Positions 58,939-64,000 of a stretch of DNA of 64,000 nucleotides are shown here, one piece after another. The notes below the pieces were generated by a model. The model saw nothing but the letters and a program-made list of their open reading frames with translations. It was not told the DNA's origin and ran no database searches. The translations under genes were made by a program, and so were the position numbers. Numbering within the stretch: position 1 is the stretch's first letter; each line of letters starts with the position of its first letter. The stretch comes from Anaerolineae bacterium (GTDB lineage Bacteria; Chloroflexota; Anaerolineae; S140-20): positions 827 through 64,826 of the forward strand of contig JALUTT010000145.1 of NCBI GenBank assembly GCA_027021705.1, written 5' to 3'.

Positions 58939-60513
58939 TCATCCATCCTGGTCCCTCTCGGCCCCATCGTCGCTCCCTCGTGGTCCGACATCGCCTTCGG
59001 GCGCGGAGGCGATCCCTGCCATCAGGAGCCCCAACTGCTCTCGGGTTGCCTGTTCGGCCGACAGGATGTCCATGATGTGCCCTTCGTACATCACGGCGAT
59101 GCGGTCGGAGAGGGCTATGATCTCGTCCAGCTCCGTGGAGACGAGGAGCACCGCGCAGCCCTGGTCGCGCTTCTCCAGCAGTCGCCGGTGGATGTACTCG
59201 ATGGAGCCTACGTCCAGCCCCCGGGTGGGCTGGGCGGCGATGAGCAGCCGGATGGGGCGGGAGAACTCCCGCGCCACGATCACCTTCTGCTGGTTGCCGC
59301 CCGAGAGGCTGGCGACGGGGGTGTAGATGCTGGGGGTGCGCACGTCGAACTGACGCACCCGCTCCTCGGCGGCCCGTTCGATGGCCGGCCGCTGGATGAC
59401 GACGCCCTGGGCGAAGGGGGGGAGGTAGTAGGTGTTGAGCACCAGGTTGTCCATCACCGGGAAGGGCAACACCAGTCCATCCCGCTGCCGGTCCTCAGGG
59501 ACGTGGGCGACGCCCTTCTCCAGGATCTGGCGGGGGGTGGCGTGGGTTGTCTCCTCACCGAGGATGCGCACCCGGCCGCTCTCGATGGGGCGCAGGCCGG
59601 TCAGCGCTTCCACCAACTCGGTCTGGCCGTTGCCCTGGACGCCGGCGATGCCCAGCACCTCGCCGGCCTCGATGGTGAAGCTGACGCCGTCCACGGCCAC
59701 GTTCCCCAGGTCGTCCAGCACCCGCAGCTCTTCCACCTCCAGGACGGGGCCGGCCAGCTGAGCGGGCTGCTTCTCCACTTCCAGCATCACCTCCCGGCCT
59801 ACCATCATCGCCGCGAGCTGGCGCTCGTCCGTCTCGGCCGGCCTGGTCGTGCCCACCACCCGCCCCTGGCGCAGCACGGTGATCCGGTCGGCGATGGTGA
59901 GCACCTCCTTCAGCTTGTGGGAGATGAAGATGACCGACTTTCCCTGGCTCACCAGGGAGCGGATGATGGCGAAGAGGTCTTCCACCTCCTGGGGGGTCAG
60001 CACCGCCGTCGGCTCGTCCAGGATGAGGATGTCGGCGTGACGGTAGAGGATCTTGATGATCTCCACCCGCTGCTGGACGCCCACGGGCAGGTCTTTGATG
60101 TAGGCGTCGGGGTTCACTTTGAGACCGTACTGCTCGGAGATCTCCCGGATGCGCTGAGCAGCCGCGGCCCGGTCCAGGAAGAGGCCTCCCCGCACCGACT
60201 CGACGCCCAGCATCACGTTCTCCGTCACCGTCATCACCGGGATGAGCATGAAGTGCTGGTGGACCATCCCGATGCCCTGGGCGATGGCATCGCGGGGCTC
60301 GTGGATCTCCACCCGCCGGCCTCGGATGTAGATCTCCCCCTCGTCGGGCGTGTAGAGGCCGTAGAGGATGTTCATCAGGGTCGTCTTCCCGGCACCGTTC
60401 TCACCCAGCAGGGCGTGGACCTCCCCTTCTTCCAGCGTGAGGTCAATGTGGTCGTTGGCCAGGACGCCGGGAAAGGCTTTGGTGATGCCTCGTAGCTCAA
60501 GTACTGGGGGCAT
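58939..60513 (-). CDS. ABC transporter ATP-binding protein with duplicated nucleotide-binding domains (sugar/nucleoside type)
   Basis: Start trimmed to MPPVLELRGITKAF after ribosome-binding site GAGGG. Walker A GENGAGKTT in NBD1 and a second NBD. Confidence 0.85.
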   Translation of the reverse strand: MPPVLELRGITKAFPGVLANDHIDLTLEEGEVHALLGENGAGKTTLMNILYGLYTPDEGEIYIRGRRVEIHEPRDAIAQGIGMVHQHFMLIPVMTVTENVMLGVESVRGGLFLDRAAAAQRIREISEQYGLKVNPDAYIKDLPVGVQQRVEIIKILYRHADILILDEPTAVLTPQEVEDLFAIIRSLVSQGKSVIFISHKLKEVLTIADRITVLRQGRVVGTTRPAETDERQLAAMMVGREVMLEVEKQPAQLAGPVLEVEELRVLDDLGNVAVDGVSFTIEAGEVLGIAGVQGNGQTELVEALTGLRPIESGRVRILGEETTHATPRQILEKGVAHVPEDRQRDGLVLPFPVMDNLVLNTYYLPPFAQGVVIQRPAIERAAEERVRQFDVRTPSIYTPVASLSGGNQQKVIVAREFSRPIRLLIAAQPTRGLDVGSIEYIHRRLLEKRDQGCAVLLVSTELDEIIALSDRIAVMYEGHIMDILSAEQATREQLGLLMAGIASAPEGDVGPRGSDDGAERDQDG

Positions 60514-60611
60514 GGCTACCCTCGTCTGTGCGGTGGTAATTCTTCGGCGGTGTCGGGCTAGCCCGACACCGCCGAAGTCCATGTTCCGCCGGTGGTCGGA
60601 CGATGAACCAT

Positions 60612-62717
60612 CTACCCGGTGGGCCAGCCCGTCTTGATGGTGCCGTCAATGATCCCCTGGCGGATCTCCTCCAGGTCCTTCTTGATCTGATCCGGCACCC
60701 GGTCCTCCCAGTCGTGGAAGGGGGCCAGGCCGACGCCGTCGTTGGCCAGCGTGCCCACGTAGACGCCGCAGCCGTTGAAGTTGCCCTCCACGGCTTGCTT
60801 GACGGTGTTGAAGACGGCGTTGTTCAACCGCTTCTCGACGCTGGTGATCAGGATGCCCTTCTCCTGGGGCAGGGTGTAGTACTGGTCCACGTCCACGCCG
60901 ATGCCGCCCACGTTGGCTCCGGCCTCGGCCCGCTCGCGGACGGCGACCAGGGCCCCGTTGCCGGTCTTGCCGCCGGCCCCGAAGAGCACGTCAATCCCCT
61001 CATCTAGCAGCGAGTTGGCTGCGGCCTTCCCCTTCTCCGGGGCCTCGAAGTCGCCCACGTAGGTCTTGGAGAAAGAGACGTTGGCCCCGTACTTTTCGTT
61101 GTAGTAGTTGATGCCGCTCTCGAAGCCGACGGCGAACTGGACGACGGGCGGGATCTCCATCCCGAAGACGGCCCCTACCTTCGGATCATCGGGGTCCAGC
61201 TCCGTGGCCATCGCGGCGGCCAGGTAGCCGCCCAGGAAGGCCGCCTCGTCGGAGGCGAAGACGATCCCCTGGACGTTCTCGATGCAGGGGTCGTAGGCGA
61301 AGTCCACGATGGCGAACTTGATGTCCGGGTAGAGAGGGGCCATCTTGGCCGTGGCGTCGGCCAGCAAGAAGCCGACGGTGATGATCATGTCGTAGCCCTG
61401 CTCGGCGAACTCGGTGATGTTGTTCTCGTAGTCGGCCTGGGCCTGGGACTCGATGAACTGGGCCTCGACGCCGGGGATCTCCTTGGCCGCCCGCGCCAGC
61501 CCCTCCCAGGTGCTCTGGTTGAAGCTGGCGTCGTCAATGCCGCCCACATCGGAGATCATCCCCACGCGGAAGGGCTTGACCTCCCCTTCCTCCTTCGGGG
61601 GCTTCGCCTCGCCCAGCGGCCAGCCGGTGTTGATGGTGCCGTCAATGATGCCCTGGCGGACCTCTTCCAGCTCGGCCTTCAGGTCGTCAGGCACCTGGTC
61701 CTCGAAGTCGTGGAAGGGGGCGATCCCGACGCCGTTGTTCTTCAGGGTGCCCACGTAGGTGCCGCCCTTGAAGGTGCCGTCCAGCACCGCCTTGATGGCG
61801 TCGAAGACGGCCACGTCCATGTTCTTGAGGATGGAGGTGAGGTAGACCTCTTTATACTCGGGGGCGGAGACGTACCAGTCGGTGTCCACGCCGATCATCA
61901 TCGCGCCCCGCTCCTTGACGGCGGCGGCGGTGCCCAGGCCAACGGGGCCGGCGACGGGCAGGATGATGTCGGCTCCCTCGTCCATCAGCGATTCGGCGAA
62001 GCGGCGGCCGTCATCGGTGGACTCGAAGTTGCCGGTGAAGAGGCCGTCGCCTTCGGCGTTGCTCCAGCCCAGCACTTCGACGTTGGTACCGTGCTTCTGG
62101 TTGTAGTACTCGACGCCCGACTCGAAGCCGACCATAAAGATGGTCACCGGCGGGATGTTGATGCCGCCGAAGGTGCCCACCTTGCCCGTCTTGGTCATCC
62201 CGGCGGCCAGGTAGCCGGCCAAGAAGGCGGCCTCATCGGTGGAGAAGGTCAGCCCCAGGACGTTGTCCAGCGGCGGGTCGTAGGCGAAGTCCACGATGGC
62301 GAACTTCTGATCGGGGTAGGCTTCAGCGGCCGCTTTGGTGGCGTCGCCCAACAGGAAGCCGACGGTGATGATCAGGTCGCAACCCTGCTGGATGAACTCG
62401 TTGAGGTTGCGCTCGTAGTCCGTCTGCTGCTGGGACTCCAGGTACTGACCGTCAACGCCCAGCTTTTCCATCGCGTCCTGGACGCCCTTCCAAGCGGTGG
62501 CGTTGAAGCTGCGATCGTCAATGCCGCCCACGTCGGTCACCTGGCAGATCTTGGCCTTCTTCTCCGGCTTGGGCATCTCGACCGGTTTGGTTGGCTCCTC
62601 CTTGGGGGCCATCTCCTTGGTGGGCGTGGGGGTCGGGGCTGCGCCGCCGCCACAGGCGGTCAGCACCAGCGCGACCACCGTCAGCAGGCTGAAGAAGATG
62701 AGAACCGTTTTGCGCAT
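60612..62717 (-). CDS. BMP-family (PnrA/Med-like) ABC substrate-binding lipoprotein with two tandem BMP domains
   Basis: 701 aa. Lipobox LTAC. PT-rich linker. Two roughly 330-aa repeats, each with the DVGGIDD...GVDTD BMP pattern. Confidence 0.82.
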   Translation of the reverse strand: MRKTVLIFFSLLTVVALVLTACGGGAAPTPTPTKEMAPKEEPTKPVEMPKPEKKAKICQVTDVGGIDDRSFNATAWKGVQDAMEKLGVDGQYLESQQQTDYERNLNEFIQQGCDLIITVGFLLGDATKAAAEAYPDQKFAIVDFAYDPPLDNVLGLTFSTDEAAFLAGYLAAGMTKTGKVGTFGGINIPPVTIFMVGFESGVEYYNQKHGTNVEVLGWSNAEGDGLFTGNFESTDDGRRFAESLMDEGADIILPVAGPVGLGTAAAVKERGAMMIGVDTDWYVSAPEYKEVYLTSILKNMDVAVFDAIKAVLDGTFKGGTYVGTLKNNGVGIAPFHDFEDQVPDDLKAELEEVRQGIIDGTINTGWPLGEAKPPKEEGEVKPFRVGMISDVGGIDDASFNQSTWEGLARAAKEIPGVEAQFIESQAQADYENNITEFAEQGYDMIITVGFLLADATAKMAPLYPDIKFAIVDFAYDPCIENVQGIVFASDEAAFLGGYLAAAMATELDPDDPKVGAVFGMEIPPVVQFAVGFESGINYYNEKYGANVSFSKTYVGDFEAPEKGKAAANSLLDEGIDVLFGAGGKTGNGALVAVRERAEAGANVGGIGVDVDQYYTLPQEKGILITSVEKRLNNAVFNTVKQAVEGNFNGCGVYVGTLANDGVGLAPFHDWEDRVPDQIKKDLEEIRQGIIDGTIKTGWPTG

Positions 62718-62851
62718 CTTTGCTCCTCCTTTGTGGACTCACAAGGGTTGGTGTACACACAAGAGCGTGGGCTGGCGCCCGTCGGCACCCCCGCTATTTT
62801 ACCAAAAGTGGGCCAAAGGGCAAGGGAAACGTGCGTCGGGGCGCAAGCTGT

Positions 62852-63094
62852 TCAGCGGTAGAGCAGGACCTTGCCTAACTCCTGCAATTCGAGCTTGCCT
62901 TCCCGCTTCTTTTGAAGCTCCTGTTCGACCTCCTCCAGGAAGTGCATGGTCTGGCGGCTGTAATAGCGCTCTCCGCAAGATTGACAAACCAAGACGTGAA
63001 TGGGGACATAGACGATGTCTTGTCCTACTTTCAGCTCCTCGTACACCTCTCTGGTCTGAATATCATCGCTATGGCAGACAATGCATTTCATCAT
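62852..63094 (-). CDS. YgiT/MqsA-type zinc-ribbon small protein (putative antitoxin partner)
   Basis: CIVC...CQSCGE ribbon. 80 aa. 4-nt overlap with the upstream DUF4258 gene. Confidence 0.55.
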   Translation of the reverse strand: MMKCIVCHSDDIQTREVYEELKVGQDIVYVPIHVLVCQSCGERYYSRQTMHFLEEVEQELQKKREGKLELQELGKVLLYR

Positions 63095-63411
63095 CTTCTC
63101 CTTCTGTAGTCAATCCATCGTCCGGGATCAGGGTGGTAGACGGTTATGATGATTGCCAGGTTCTCTTCTGCATTGTAAGCACAGACAATGTGGAGAGGGC
63201 GATTGGCGTGGGTCCGACCATATAGCAGCACGCTTGGATAAGGTGTATCGTCGGGATATTCTTCGATGACCTCGCCGGACAAAACGGCTTCATACACTTC
63301 CTGCTCGCTGATCGCGCCAAAGGGTTCATTTTGCATTTCACGGCGGGCGTGGCTCGTGTAGAGCACAGCATCGGCTTGGAAACACCGGATGAGGATACGA
63401 ATCCAGTCCAT
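63091..63411 (-). CDS. DUF4258-like small protein (putative toxin partner)
   Basis: Start trimmed to MDWIRILIRCFQADAVLYTSHARREM... (DUF4258-like). About 106 aa. Confidence 0.5.
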   Translation of the reverse strand: MDWIRILIRCFQADAVLYTSHARREMQNEPFGAISEQEVYEAVLSGEVIEEYPDDTPYPSVLLYGRTHANRPLHIVCAYNAEENLAIIITVYHPDPGRWIDYRRRR

Positions 63412-64000
63412 TAAGACGTCTCCTCGGGAGGGATGAGGACTTCTCGCCCTTGTCCACCCTCCGTGGCCGGCCCGATGATCCCCTTCTCCTCCATCCGGTC
63501 TATTAGCCGGGCAGCACGGGTGTAGCCGATGCGGAGCCGGCGCTGAAGCAATGAGATGGATGCCCGCCGCGTCTTGCGGACGATGGCAACGGCTTCTTCC
63601 CACAGGGCGTCTTCCTGCTCCCGCTGCGAGACGCGCGATGGCCCCTGCAGTTCTTTCCACAGCGGCGGCTGGGTGACCGAGGAAGACGGTTGCTGGGATG
63701 GCGCTCTCTGCTTGCCCGCCTTCTCCTGGTCCTGAGTTCCCCGCGCCCCCTTCCAGTAGCGGATCAACCGGCGCGTCTCCGCATCGGAGACGAAGGCCCC
63801 TTGCAGGCGGACCGGCTGGCTGGCGTCGGGAGCCAGGTAGAGCATGTCTCCCCGCCCCAACAGCCGCTCTGCTCCCGTCATGTCCAGGATGACCCGGGAG
63901 TCCACCGCCGAGGCGGTGGCGAAGGAGATGCGGGCCGGGAAGTTGGCCTTGATCAGCCCCGTCACCACGTCCACGCTGGGGCGCTGGGTGGCGATCACCA
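63411..64000 (-). CDS. ftsK: DNA translocase FtsK/SpoIIIE, C-terminal part (motor end plus gamma domain); N-terminus lies beyond the window
   Basis: Winged-helix gamma domain ISLLQRRLRIGYTRAARLIDRMEEKGIIGP. Preceding motor-domain C-terminus. Confidence 0.85.
   Translation of the reverse strand, partial: VIATQRPSVDVVTGLIKANFPARISFATASAVDSRVILDMTGAERLLGRGDMLYLAPDASQPVRLQGAFVSDAETRRLIRYWKGARGTQDQEKAGKQRAPSQQPSSSVTQPPLWKELQGPSRVSQREQEDALWEEAVAIVRKTRRASISLLQRRLRIGYTRAARLIDRMEEKGIIGPATEGGQGREVLIPPEETS

Overview
64 kb window from a high-GC (about 68%) bacterial chromosome, densely coding on both strands. The protein content suggests a Chloroflexota-like (Thermomicrobia- or Thermoflexia-like) or other high-GC Terrabacteria genome. 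The pointers are Pro/Thr-rich linkers in secreted proteins, a Ser/Thr-kinase–FGE fusion, DUF4177, BMP- and Liv-type ABC systems and UbiD/UbiX/UbiA; I cannot confirm taxonomy without a search.

Recognisable core genes are pckA, rho, gap, pgk, tpiA, ruvB, rpiA, upp, ubiX/ubiA/ubiD, a metB-family PLP enzyme, a partial ftsK, and five ABC transporters (Liv-type, two NitT/TauT-type, Dpp-type, BMP/nucleoside-type).

The most unusual content is:
1. A compact lipid-type locus at the 5' end: SDR, acyl-CoA ligase, alpha/beta-hydrolase, FabH-like KAS III, acyl-CoA ligase, alpha/beta-hydrolase. The gene types match those of olefin (OleABCD) or pyrone-type head-to-head condensation loci.
2. In that locus every intergenic gap is filled by a different tandem heptanucleotide array that begins on the stop codon of the upstream gene. 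More heptamer/octamer arrays occur elsewhere in the window.
3. Two families of MITE-like non-autonomous elements with terminal inverted repeats and 9-bp target-site duplications. One family carries a variable number of internal ~175-bp tandem units.
4. A small toxin–antitoxin islet (hicB-hicA plus two coiled-coil small proteins, one AbrB/MazE-like) bracketed by inverted heptamer-repeat arrays, inserted into a ubiD-ubiA-ABC-ubiX cluster.
5. A two-component system inserted between pgk and tpiA of the gap-pgk-tpi operon.

No rRNA, tRNA or CRISPR array was recognised. Many long antisense ORFs in the six-frame track are high-GC artefacts.
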